A stretch of DNA of 64,000 nt from positions 608,001 to 672,000 of the forward strand of contig JAXGZN010000002.1 of assembly GCA_040776945.1 (NCBI GenBank). Reading direction: 5' to 3'. The notes under the pieces are model-generated. The model was given only the letters and a program-made list of their open reading frames with translations. It did no database searches and was not told the origin of the DNA. This DNA is from Methanomassiliicoccaceae archaeon (lineage in GTDB: Archaea; Thermoplasmatota; Thermoplasmata; Methanomassiliicoccales; Methanomassiliicoccaceae). Every line of letters begins with the position of its first letter. Position 1 is the first letter of the stretch. Shown in pieces: positions 40,061 through 49,337 of this stretch. The translations under genes and the position numbers were made by a program.

Positions 40061-40357
40061 ATGGCGCACAAACGCAGGATCGAGGTCGCTGAGCGCGTTC
40101 CCGGGCCGGAGGAGCCCGTTGATGAGATGGGATGGAAAGAGTGGGCTCTCAAGAGGTACGCAAGGGCGTGGTACTGGGTAGGCTGTCTGTTCCTCGATGT
40201 GGTCATATTTCTGGAGATGCAGCGGGCCCTGGACACCCACGTGATCGTGGCCGGATCGGCCTCGGTGGCCGCGGCCGCGGTCCAGTTCGCACTTTACTTC
40301 AGGATCTGGGGACGCGGAGGGCCTTTGGCCGACGACGGTCCCGATGATGAGCGGTGA
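40061..40357 (+). CDS. small two-TM membrane protein
   Basis: ATG lies 2 nt after the dppF stop; two hydrophobic helices. Confidence 0.7.
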   Translation: MAHKRRIEVAERVPGPEEPVDEMGWKEWALKRYARAWYWVGCLFLDVVIFLEMQRALDTHVIVAGSASVAAAAVQFALYFRIWGRGGPLADDGPDDER

Positions 40358-40484
40358 CCCTGCCGTAAGATAGGTCCATGAGACGGATGCCAGCACCTAG
40401 GATTTCAAATCTATAGTTTATTATTATTAATCATGAATGATTATCCAGAAAGATATATATGAAACAGCCTCCAATCATAACCCT

Positions 40485-40880
40485 ATGTCGGTGGTCAGCA
40501 TGGAGGAGCTTGTCTCAGCGTTGAAGAACACGTTGGGCAAGAAGGGGATGCAGGAGAGCGACATAAAGAGATTGGCAGAGTACACGATGAGCTTCTTCGG
40601 CTACACCGACTCGGTGATCGATAACCGGCTTACTTCAGAGGACCGTGATGTTTTCTATATGCTGGAAGAGGAAGGGTTCGTTACCACTACAGAGGAAGAG
40701 GTCCATCTAAAGAAGGGGAAGATGTGGCGCATCCATTACTGGATCCTCAAGAAGGACCAGATAATCCGTCTGGCGAACATGCCCGAGGAGATCAAGCCAG
40801 AGGTGGATGAGGTTGCATTGATCTACGAGAACATCGACAAGGACGTGTGGGCTCGCGAATCCCACAGCCAGTATCACTAG
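40485..40880 (+). CDS. conserved Thermoplasmata hypothetical protein (DUF6015-like)
   Basis: FFGY...IDN.L..EDR..FYMLEEEG...EEEV....GK.WRIHYW; paralog of 2291..2668. Confidence 0.8.
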   Translation: MSVVSMEELVSALKNTLGKKGMQESDIKRLAEYTMSFFGYTDSVIDNRLTSEDRDVFYMLEEEGFVTTTEEEVHLKKGKMWRIHYWILKKDQIIRLANMPEEIKPEVDEVALIYENIDKDVWARESHSQYH

Positions 40881-40936
40881 CACGAGCCACCAACGGTTTT
40901 AATAGTGCTATGCCATTAGAGCGATAGAGGAAGTGG

Positions 40937-42526
40937 ATGGACGGACTTCTCATCGCCCTTCTGATCATAGCTGCTTACTTGGCCATCGCCTTGACGCTGA
41001 ACAAGAAAAAGGTGCTCTCCAAGTTCAACATGTCCATGTGGGGCCCGTTCATCATGTGGAGGACGAGGCGTGGGCGCGACCTTATAGATAAGCTCGCTAA
41101 GCCGACAAGGTTCTGGAAAGGCTATGCCGCAATAGGCAAGGGCATCGTCGTCGTGGTCATGGTCGCCATAATGGCCCTTCTGATATGGGAGGCGTTCCTG
41201 GTATCCAACATCCCGGCCGAACAAGCTCCATCGCTGGACATGCTCATAGGGATCCCGGGGATCAACCCCATCATCCCCATTGGATACGGCATCCTGGGAC
41301 TGGTGGTGGCGGTCATCATCCACGAGTTCGCGCACGGCATCCTGACCGTCGTCGGGAAAATGAAGGTCCGTGCGCTCGGCATAGTGTTGATGGTCGTTCC
41401 CATGGGAGCGTTCGTGGAGCCGGACGAGGAGGCCCTGGAGAAGGTGGAGAAGAGGACAAGGTCCTCCGTCTATGCGGTCGGTCCGGCGACCAACATCATC
41501 GCTGCCCTGGTCTGCGCGTTCCTGTTCTCTTCTGTAATGGTGTCGTCGGCCGAGCCGATACGTGATAATCCGGTCATCGTGACGGTCATAGAGAACGGGC
41601 CGGCGCATCTTGCCGGCCTTAAGTACGGTGACCAGATCGTGAGCGTCAATGGGGTGGTGGTCCCCCAGGGCGGATACTCGAACATGACCTCAGGTGAACC
41701 GAACTCCACTGCCGTGGTGAGCTACTATCATGGCAGTGAGCTGCGGCAGGCGAACGTCACTTCGGGACTGGTCATAACGATGACCTCCGACGGCCTTCCC
41801 GCCGCCGAGGCTGGCCTTAGGGCAGGCATGATCCTAAGCTCGCTCAACGGGACGAGCATTACGAGCGAGGCCGAGTTCAAACGTGTGCTCGCAGGGGTCC
41901 CCGCCGGCAGCACGGTCCCTGTCGAGGCCTTACGCTACAATGCCACGAAGGGATTCTATGAGGATGCGGGCGTGACCACGCTCACCACCATCAGCAAGAA
42001 CGACTATTATGAGAGGACCTATGGGCAGTCTGCGGAGAACATATCGTTCATGGGGGTCAACACGGCCTACTTCGGAGCTACGACAAGCGATCCCCAGATG
42101 ATCCTGGACGTCCTGGGCCATCCCTTCGCTGGAAGCGGCTCGGTCGACGGCTTTGTTTACGACCTGCTGCATTACATTGCCCTGCCGTTCTATGGACTGC
42201 AGCCGCTGTCCCCGCCGCTCTCGGAGATATTCGCTCCTACCGGCATTTTCGCGTGGATGCCGACAGATGTGTTCTGGATGGTCGCCAACAGCATGTATTG
42301 GATCTTCTGGATAAACCTGATGGTGGGGATAACGAACGCCATGCCGGCCATCCCCCTGGACGGAGGGTTCCTGTACCGTGACTGGATCGATACCATCGTT
42401 TCCAAAGCCAGAAAGGGGCTGGAGCAAAAGGACAGGGACCGCTATGTTAACTCCATCGTTATGACCACTAGCCTGTTCGTTCTGTTCCTCATCATGTGGC
42501 AGCTTATCGGTCCAAGAGTGCTTTGA
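40937..42526 (+). CDS. site-2 protease (M50) with PDZ domains
   Basis: HEFAHG, GAFVEPDE, GPATN and NAMPAIPLDGG; two PA..AGL..G PDZ-like segments. Confidence 0.94.
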   Translation: MDGLLIALLIIAAYLAIALTLNKKKVLSKFNMSMWGPFIMWRTRRGRDLIDKLAKPTRFWKGYAAIGKGIVVVVMVAIMALLIWEAFLVSNIPAEQAPSLDMLIGIPGINPIIPIGYGILGLVVAVIIHEFAHGILTVVGKMKVRALGIVLMVVPMGAFVEPDEEALEKVEKRTRSSVYAVGPATNIIAALVCAFLFSSVMVSSAEPIRDNPVIVTVIENGPAHLAGLKYGDQIVSVNGVVVPQGGYSNMTSGEPNSTAVVSYYHGSELRQANVTSGLVITMTSDGLPAAEAGLRAGMILSSLNGTSITSEAEFKRVLAGVPAGSTVPVEALRYNATKGFYEDAGVTTLTTISKNDYYERTYGQSAENISFMGVNTAYFGATTSDPQMILDVLGHPFAGSGSVDGFVYDLLHYIALPFYGLQPLSPPLSEIFAPTGIFAWMPTDVFWMVANSMYWIFWINLMVGITNAMPAIPLDGGFLYRDWIDTIVSKARKGLEQKDRDRYVNSIVMTTSLFVLFLIMWQLIGPRVL

Positions 42527-42784
42527 TCACTTTCGGATGATCACGAGATCTTCATTGCATCGCGGGCACAGATCATAGTCCAATGCCCGGAAGTTGGACG
42601 TGACCTCGAAGATGAGGCCGCATCTCTTGCACTTCTTGAACGCTACCATGGCGGGTGTGAAATGGTCGCATTCGTATACCAGCTCACCCCGGGAATATAT
42701 GCATAGATCGGCTGAACAGTTATCGCAAAGGCTGCGCCTGTTCAGGTTGACCCAAAGACGTTCGCCGACCTTGACCCGTCCCAT
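42527..42784 (-). CDS. small Cys-rich (zinc-binding) protein
   Basis: CDNC...C...C, CKRC and CPRC; GAGGTGA RBS before ATG 42784. Confidence 0.7.
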   Translation of the reverse strand: MGRVKVGERLWVNLNRRSLCDNCSADLCIYSRGELVYECDHFTPAMVAFKKCKRCGLIFEVTSNFRALDYDLCPRCNEDLVIIRK

Positions 42785-42943
42785 CTCGTCACCTCTTGAC
42801 CTGTCAATTCCCAATGACTCACAACCCCTATAAAATGACATAGCAGAATATTCGCTAAAGAAAACAATGATTATTGAAAATTAAGGGGAAAAAGAGTGTA
42901 AAGAAAGGCAGAGGCCTATAGGCCTCCATTTAGGGCCGATGGT

Positions 42944-45064
42944 TCAGCCTATGATGTTGCGGTGGCGGTCCCTTAGCTCTCCCATCTTGCCCTTGTTCCA
43001 GCCCCTGGTCTTGGAGAAGAAGCCAGTAACGCGGGTGATGCCTTCGATGTCCGGGGACCCGCAGAACGTGCAGGCCTCATGGAGGCCCCTGGTGGTGCGT
43101 CCGCAGCTCAGGCAGGATGTGAACTCCGGCGAGAACGCGATCTGAGCGTTCTGAGTGTTCTGGAAGGTCTTGATGACGAAGGCCGCGATGCTCTCCGCCG
43201 GCGGCTTGGACTCCCCAAGCCAGACGTGAGTTAGCGAGCCTGCATCGATCAGGGGGTGGAACAGTCCTTCCTGCTTGACCCTCTCGATCGCCGAGATGTC
43301 CGCCCCGACGTTCAGGTAGGTCGAGTTGGTGTAATAGACCTCTCCAGAGGACTTGTTGCCCTTGATGACGGTGGCCGACTGCAGCGGATAGTACTTCATG
43401 TCCAGCTTGGCGAAGCGGTACGCGGTCGATTCGGCCGGTGTCTGCTCCAGAGGCATCTTGAGCCCGAACTCCTCGCCGATGCGCTCAGACTCGGTCTTCA
43501 TGTAGCTTATGACCTTAAGGCCGAACTTGAGGGCCTCCTTGGATTCATGCATCTCCTTTCCCGTATGGTATTGGACCAGCTCGTTGAGGCCGACCATTCC
43601 CACCAGGAATGAGGACTTGTTTATGCGATAGTAGGTCTCCCCATCCATGTTCATGGTCAGCAGGGACAGCGGACCATTCTTGCCCATGTTGAACAGCTGG
43701 GTGATGAACTCCCTCTTAAGGATGTGGGCCTGGGCCACCATCTCGATGCGCTTGGTCAGCAGCTCGAACAGCCGGGCATCGTTCTGATGGGCATCGTAGG
43801 CCACCCTCGGGAGGTTGATGGTAACGTTCTGCATGGCGCTGTAGCGCATCTTCCAAGGTGTCTTGGCGTCATCCAGATCGCTCTGTTCCAGCTTGAAGGT
43901 GAGGCGGCAGCACTCTGAAATCTTGGCGGTGCCGCCGCGGTCGAACACAAAGTAGGTGTTGCCCTTCTCGGAGGCGACCTTGCAGATCTTATTGAGGAAC
44001 TCCTCGTGACCCTCGGTCTTGAAGAACTTCTCGGTCATGTGCACGTTCGGCTTCGGGAAGAAGAACGGCCGCCCCATGGCGTCACCCTCGAGGTACACGT
44101 CGAAAAGCGCGTTGACGAACCTCTGCGCTTCCGGCAGGTAATCCTCATAGTTCTTACCGGTGAACTTGCCCTCCGGACCTATGGCCGGAACTCCCATGAA
44201 GTGGTCGGGGCATTCCCAGTACAGGTTAAGGTCGCTGAATATGGATTGCCCGCCACGAGCGACGGCCTGCTGCGCGAACTCGTATATCAGGATCTGGGCG
44301 ATCTGCTTCATCCTCTTGTCGTCCACGTCCACAAGGTAAGGGGCAAGGAACAGGTTGAAGGCGTCCCATCCAATGGCCCCGGAGAAGTGCCCTTGCAGGG
44401 CGGCGGAGAACTTTATTATCTGCTCTATCAGCACCTCGGGATGCCTTGCGGGCTTCGCTATTGAGAGCGCGTTGGGCAGATTGAGCCCGAACTTCTTCAC
44501 GTACTCGATGCTTTGTCCCGAGCAGTAAGGGCGGTCTACCATTCCTAGGTCGTGCAGATGAATATCGCCGCGCATATGCGCATCTGCAAGGTCCTGGGAA
44601 AAGACCTCGAGCAGGGCGAACTCCTTCTTGATGTTCTCTGCGAGCGTGAGATTGGTGGCCTCAGGACCGTGGGGGACGTTGGCGTTCTCCTTGTTCGGAG
44701 ACATGATGATCTGCCGGGCATCGTAGAGAGGGACCCCCAGGCGGGTGTGTTGTTTCCTTATCTTAGAAAGTCCGTACTCGACGAGCTTCGCGTTCGTAAG
44801 CTCCCTTATCAGGGGAGCGGTGATCATATCGATCTCAAGCTCCGAGATCATCTTCTCGACCTCGCGGGAGATGATCGCCGCGGCGTCCTCGCTGATCGTG
44901 GTCTCCCTTATCAGCGCATCATATATCTTGGAGCGGTCCCACTTCTTAAGCTCCTCGTCGGAAGTCCTGACGAATAAGGTCAGCTCGGTCGATTCCTTGT
45001 CACCGTATATGTCCGTGGCTCCCGCCATAGGATCAGATGCCTTCATGATATCACACTTACCCAT
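42944..45064 (-). CDS. nrdD: anaerobic (class III) ribonucleoside-triphosphate reductase with ATP cone
   Basis: ATP cone (VRTS...WDRSKI), HLHDL..PYC, ECCRL finger loop, TPAES, YYTNS, CxxC/CxxC and the RVTGF glycyl motif; start may be 45046. Confidence 0.95.
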   Translation of the reverse strand: MGKCDIMKASDPMAGATDIYGDKESTELTLFVRTSDEELKKWDRSKIYDALIRETTISEDAAAIISREVEKMISELEIDMITAPLIRELTNAKLVEYGLSKIRKQHTRLGVPLYDARQIIMSPNKENANVPHGPEATNLTLAENIKKEFALLEVFSQDLADAHMRGDIHLHDLGMVDRPYCSGQSIEYVKKFGLNLPNALSIAKPARHPEVLIEQIIKFSAALQGHFSGAIGWDAFNLFLAPYLVDVDDKRMKQIAQILIYEFAQQAVARGGQSIFSDLNLYWECPDHFMGVPAIGPEGKFTGKNYEDYLPEAQRFVNALFDVYLEGDAMGRPFFFPKPNVHMTEKFFKTEGHEEFLNKICKVASEKGNTYFVFDRGGTAKISECCRLTFKLEQSDLDDAKTPWKMRYSAMQNVTINLPRVAYDAHQNDARLFELLTKRIEMVAQAHILKREFITQLFNMGKNGPLSLLTMNMDGETYYRINKSSFLVGMVGLNELVQYHTGKEMHESKEALKFGLKVISYMKTESERIGEEFGLKMPLEQTPAESTAYRFAKLDMKYYPLQSATVIKGNKSSGEVYYTNSTYLNVGADISAIERVKQEGLFHPLIDAGSLTHVWLGESKPPAESIAAFVIKTFQNTQNAQIAFSPEFTSCLSCGRTTRGLHEACTFCGSPDIEGITRVTGFFSKTRGWNKGKMGELRDRHRNIIG

Positions 45065-45188
45065 CCCAGATAGACATTGGCTAGATGCAAGCTCTGCTAT
45101 CTAGCCTATGGTTTAAAGTAATTTTTGAACGCATTTTGGAGCAGAACTTGGTAATATTAAAACGCAAAAATGTCCATCGTTCAGAATG

Positions 45189-45210
45189 TTTGTTACCATA
45201 TCTGTTATCA
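45189..45210. promoter_or_regulatory. putative operator (repeat motif), nrdD side
   Basis: tttgttaccatatctgttatca is 19/22 identical to 45569-45590. Confidence 0.5.
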
Positions 45211-45560
45211 GAAGAAGCGTCCAGAGATAGACCATTAACAATGTTAAGCATAATTAAATGGCGTTAATGCGGTTCTCGATATTATTGTTCCTGATTATAG
45301 GAAAAGGTACTAAGGCCCCTTTCCCGCGAGATGCTGTTGAAAATTATTATGAGCGTTTTTATTCAATTTTTCCGAATGAACAAAATGGTGCATCGTTCCT
45401 CTTGATCTCACATAGCGACCTCCTTCCCTATATCTTGCGCTCAAGATAGCTCCCTGCCCCTTCCTCAATGTACTTCATCGTCGGAGGAGCGGGATGCAAC
45501 ATTGATCGCAAGAGGATGATCGTCTTTGGTGTGCCATGAAAAACGAACCAAGCTATTTAT

Positions 45561-45590
45561 TTATCATATTTGTTACCATATTGGTTACCA
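45561..45590. promoter_or_regulatory. putative operator, three 12-bp-spaced TTAYCA units between the TATA box and start codon
   Basis: ttatcatatttg-ttaccatattgg-ttacca lies directly before ATG 45592. Confidence 0.55.
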
Positions 45591-45591
45591 A

Positions 45592-46188
45592 ATGTTCAAT
45601 CCAGACAAGGCATTGAAGGACATTATCTTCGAAATTTTAAAAAACGACGGAAAATCCATCAGCGCGTTGTCACGAGAACTTGTGGAACGCGATATAAACA
45701 TACACCGACTTATCTTGACCGGCTATCTTCGGGCCTTGACCGACTGCAATTACCTTAAGGAGAAGGAGGTCCCGCCGGCAAAGGTATACGTGCCGGTCAA
45801 GGGCAGGGACAAGGATGTCTATGAGATGATTGGGGAATCCTGCCGAAAGCTGGAGAACGGGCAGGAGGCCGATCTGCTGATCCTCTTCAGTCTGAACAGG
45901 TTGTTCCGTCGTCCGGTGTTCTTCGAGGAGCTGAGGAGGGCAGGGGTGCGGGACATGCCCTCCTCGAAACAGGTAGGGGTCCAAGAGCGCCAGGAGGCCA
46001 GAAAGTTCGTTCAACGAGCAGGCATCAAGGTCGCCGACTTAAACTTGGTTTATCTTCACGAGGACCCCTCGCTTGTCCCGCGGTTCGAGGAGCTCCTTTC
46101 CATGATGCTCTCTGACCTCCTCTCGTTCTCAAGCCTCATCAGGGATACCAAACAGACCAAGCTGGACCTCACTCTGGCCGGGCCGTGA
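45592..46188 (+). CDS. putative winged-HTH protein
   Basis: IIFEILK...KSISALSREL...HRLILTGYLRAL...L.EK...KVY has a wHTH-like layout. Confidence 0.72.
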   Translation: MFNPDKALKDIIFEILKNDGKSISALSRELVERDINIHRLILTGYLRALTDCNYLKEKEVPPAKVYVPVKGRDKDVYEMIGESCRKLENGQEADLLILFSLNRLFRRPVFFEELRRAGVRDMPSSKQVGVQERQEARKFVQRAGIKVADLNLVYLHEDPSLVPRFEELLSMMLSDLLSFSSLIRDTKQTKLDLTLAGP

Positions 46189-46239
46189 GACCCTGGCGGT
46201 CCCGATAATCTATTTAATCTACCAGCCCATTGCAAGGCT

Positions 46240-47238
46240 ATGGACCTACAAGCGCTGGCAGATGGCATAAGGAACTACCCGGGCGTTACCCGGAAAAGGA
46301 CCATCTCCGAGGTCATCAGCTTCTTTCCGCTCATCCCCAACAATAACGTCCTGGCGGCCTATGGCGAAGATGCCGCGGTCATCAAGTTCAATGATGATGT
46401 CCTCCTGCTTGCAGCCGACGGGATCATGGAGTCCCTGATGAAGGTAGCTCCGTTCTATGCAGGCTACTATGCCGTGCTTGTGAACCTGAACGATATCTCG
46501 GCCATGGGAGGGATCCCGCTGGCCCTGGTCGACATAATCTCCATGAAGGACGAGAAGGTATGCGCCCAGGTGATGAGAGGGGTCGAGGAGGCAGTGGAGA
46601 AGTTCGGGGTCCCGATCGTAGGTGGACACACCCATCCTGATTGCGAGTACAACGCCATCGACGTCGCCGTTCTCGGCACCGCCCGGCAGGACAACGTCAT
46701 TTACTCACACACCGCTCAAGAGGGGGACGACATTGTCTTCGCTATGGACCTTGACGGCTTTTTCCCCAGCTCCCTGCCGTTCGCCTGGGATACCACGACC
46801 AAGAAGGACGCCGCTACCTGCCGGAGGCAGATGCTCATAATGAACGAGATCGGGAAGAGACGCCTGGCCCGATCGGGAAAGGACATCAGCAACCCTGGCA
46901 GCATCGGCACCCTGGGCATGCTGCTGGAAACCAGCGGAAAGGGCGGGACCGTGGACATCGGGGCCATCCCTCGGCCGGACAACGTCGATCTATCGCAGTG
47001 GATAAAGGCCTATCAAGGCTGCGGCTTCGCCCTTACCTGCGATCCCAGCCATTCACTGGCGATCGAGCAGCTGTTCGCCACCGTCGGGGTCACCGCGGCG
47101 GTGGTTGGCCGCGTCGACGGCACCCGGCGCCTCACCATCAGAGAGGGGAAGGATAGCGTGGTCGTGTTCGACTTTGCATCCGATAAGATAACCGGTTGCG
47201 ATCCGAGCAGGGTGCCCGCTAGAGGAAAGAAGCGCTAG
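46240..47238 (+). CDS. AIR-synthase-related protein (methanogenesis marker 2-like)
   Basis: G.TRK..I, GEDAAV, AADGI, VNLNDISAMGG, GGHTHPD and KDISNPG..GTLGMLLE. Confidence 0.85.
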   Translation: MDLQALADGIRNYPGVTRKRTISEVISFFPLIPNNNVLAAYGEDAAVIKFNDDVLLLAADGIMESLMKVAPFYAGYYAVLVNLNDISAMGGIPLALVDIISMKDEKVCAQVMRGVEEAVEKFGVPIVGGHTHPDCEYNAIDVAVLGTARQDNVIYSHTAQEGDDIVFAMDLDGFFPSSLPFAWDTTTKKDAATCRRQMLIMNEIGKRRLARSGKDISNPGSIGTLGMLLETSGKGGTVDIGAIPRPDNVDLSQWIKAYQGCGFALTCDPSHSLAIEQLFATVGVTAAVVGRVDGTRRLTIREGKDSVVVFDFASDKITGCDPSRVPARGKKR

Positions 47239-47543
47239 GCCACGAGGGTAGCCGCTCGGATCGGCGCGAGTGATCCTGCCAGCTTCTCAGCCCCGCTCCC
47301 CTTTGAGCGTTAGTAGTCCACGGTAAGGCTGCTCCCGTCAGGGCCTGACCCGTTCTCCATGACTATGACCGGGCATGCGACCCTCCGATCGCACCTCCCG
47401 GCCGCCTCCAACCCCATAGGACAGGGCCTCATTGTTGTTGTCAGGGCCCGCGCCTTTCCGGTTACGGCGTCCCCCGCTGTCACCCCCGCTGTCGACGTCT
47501 GCGGTGTAAAAGGGCGTGCCGAACGTCCCGGTCGAGCCTAGCC
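47234..47543 (-). ncRNA. ffs: archaeal SRP (7S) RNA
   Basis: 5' GCTAGGC pairs with 3' GCCTAGC; helix 6 GTGCGATC-GGAG-GGTCGCAT; helix 8 GGTCAGGCCC-TGAC-GGGAGCAGCC; about 310 nt; TATA-like AATAAATA upstream. Confidence 0.93.
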
Positions 47544-47649
47544 ATCCTCCTAAGATGATGGACCTATTTATTATTTCCTAACATCTGGATGGTCCTTGAG
47601 CATACTGGATGGACAAACTCCCGCCTCGCGGGCCTCTTCCCTCTCGGCA

Positions 47650-47931
47650 TCAGAACCTCTTTGGAGAGGTCCGCTCCCCTCCACGGGTGCAGTAGTGATG
47701 CCCTCGGAACCCAAGCTCGGAATGGACCGGGCACTTCCCGCATATGCACTTCAGCTCCCTGGTCACGCAGTCCGGGGAACGGCCGTAGAAGCAGAACAGC
47801 TTCTCCTCCCTCTCCTTGGCGCACTCGGTGTAGGTAGGGCACTTCGGGCAGGGGCACTTCGATCTCATGGCCGCTATCTCGGCCTTGCGCTTGTCGGGGG
47901 TCATCCGGTTCAGCTCATCAAGGCTGGGCAT
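47650..47931 (-). CDS. DUF2769-like Cys-rich protein
   Basis: C.C..CPTY..C.....LFC..G.S..C.....C.C..CPV....G....YC. Confidence 0.85.
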   Translation of the reverse strand: MPSLDELNRMTPDKRKAEIAAMRSKCPCPKCPTYTECAKEREEKLFCFYGRSPDCVTRELKCICGKCPVHSELGFRGHHYCTRGGERTSPKRF

Positions 47932-48046
47932 GTTCGATATGAACGCTTGCCAACGATATCAATCATTGCGACATCGGCATCGATCACGGCCTAACGCGCT
48001 CATGATGGGATTATTATGAAGGCCCGTCCAAGCACGTTCAAGGGCG

Positions 48047-48349
48047 CTACCGTCCGCCCTTCCGGACCTCCGACTCAGTGCCCTTGGTGCAGTAGTAGAG
48101 ATGGCCAAGCCCTGCCCTGTTGGCCACCGGGCAGTCCATCAGGCAGAAGCACCCAAGGTCCTCGGAGGTGATGCATTCCTTGCTCCGCCCTAGGAAGCAG
48201 TACAACAGCTCTCCCGCCGCCTCGGCACAATTGTTGTATGTCGGGCAGTCCGGGCATATGCACTCCGAGCTGAGATCCTTGACCGCCTTCTCCCTCTCCG
48301 CTCCGGTCTTGGAGTCCAGATCGCTCTGCATCTTCTCGTAGGCGTCCAC
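48047..48349 (-). CDS. DUF2769-like Cys-rich protein (tandem paralog)
   Basis: Same Cys pattern as 47650..47931. Confidence 0.85.
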   Translation of the reverse strand: MDAYEKMQSDLDSKTGAEREKAVKDLSSECICPDCPTYNNCAEAAGELLYCFLGRSKECITSEDLGCFCLMDCPVANRAGLGHLYYCTKGTESEVRKGGR

Positions 48350-48458
48350 TCGATCACCTGTGAATTATCCGAGGGCGGTACTATTTAGGGATGACGGGAC
48401 CGGTGCCTCAAGGACATCCGCTGCCTTTTTCACTCCGCTAATGCAATATTGATAGCAT

Positions 48459-49337
48459 ATGGTCGTCGGAGGAAAGCCCGAGTGGCTAAAGATCAGGGCT
48501 CCCACGGGAGACGGCTTTACCAGGTTGAGGGACCTGGCGACGAGGAGCGGCATAAATACCGTCTGCGATTCGTCCCACTGCCCCAATATTTCTGAATGCT
48601 GGTCACGGGGCCATCTGACGTTCATGGTCCTCGGCCGGACATGCACCAGGGCCTGTTCCTTCTGCGCAGTGGAACACGGCGTCCCTGAGAACGTCGATCC
48701 CCTGGAGCCGGAGCGCATAGGGGCCGCGGTCAGGGAACTGGGCCTAAGCCATGCGGTGGTCACCTCGGTGACCCGGGACGATCTTCCGGACCAAGGGTCC
48801 CAGCATTTCCGAGACGTTACGGAGGCCATCCGGCGCCTTAGCCCTGGAACCACCATCGAACTGCTGGTCCCGGACATGCGGTCATCGAAGAAGGACCTCC
48901 GGGTAGTGGCCGAGGCCCGGCCTGAGGTGCTGAGCCATAACATAGAGACGGTGGAGCGGCTGCAGCGGATAAGGGACCGCCGGTGCAGCTACCGCACCTC
49001 GCTCGAAACGCTGTCGTTCTTGAGGAGAGCGGCCCCCGGCGCGGTGATAAAGAGCTCGCTGATGCTGGGTGTCGGGGAGACCCCGGAAGAGGTGTTGATG
49101 ACCCTGCGGGACCTCCGGGACGCGGGGGTGGGGGCGGTAACGATGGGGCAGTACCTGAGGCCCCGGGGCGGCACCCTCCAGGTGGCCGAGTACGTCAGAC
49201 CCGAGGTCTTCTCCGAGCTGGGGGAGGCCGCGAGGTCCCTGGGGTTCGAGCACGTGGCATCGGCGCCCCTGGTCCGTTCATCATATAAGGCCAAGGAAGC
49301 ATTATCGGGCAGGAGGAACCACCATGCTGACCGATGA
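48459..49337 (+). CDS. lipA: lipoyl synthase
   Basis: KPEWLK, CX4CX5C (CDSSHCPNISEC), CX3CX2C (CTRACSFC), HNIETV and VRSSY. Confidence 0.96.
   Translation: MVVGGKPEWLKIRAPTGDGFTRLRDLATRSGINTVCDSSHCPNISECWSRGHLTFMVLGRTCTRACSFCAVEHGVPENVDPLEPERIGAAVRELGLSHAVVTSVTRDDLPDQGSQHFRDVTEAIRRLSPGTTIELLVPDMRSSKKDLRVVAEARPEVLSHNIETVERLQRIRDRRCSYRTSLETLSFLRRAAPGAVIKSSLMLGVGETPEEVLMTLRDLRDAGVGAVTMGQYLRPRGGTLQVAEYVRPEVFSELGEAARSLGFEHVASAPLVRSSYKAKEALSGRRNHHADR

Noticed and set aside
47234-47543. RNase P RNA or the small ORF 47359..47541
   Set aside because: It lacks the GAGGAAAGUCC signature; helix 6 and helix 8 motifs identify SRP RNA.
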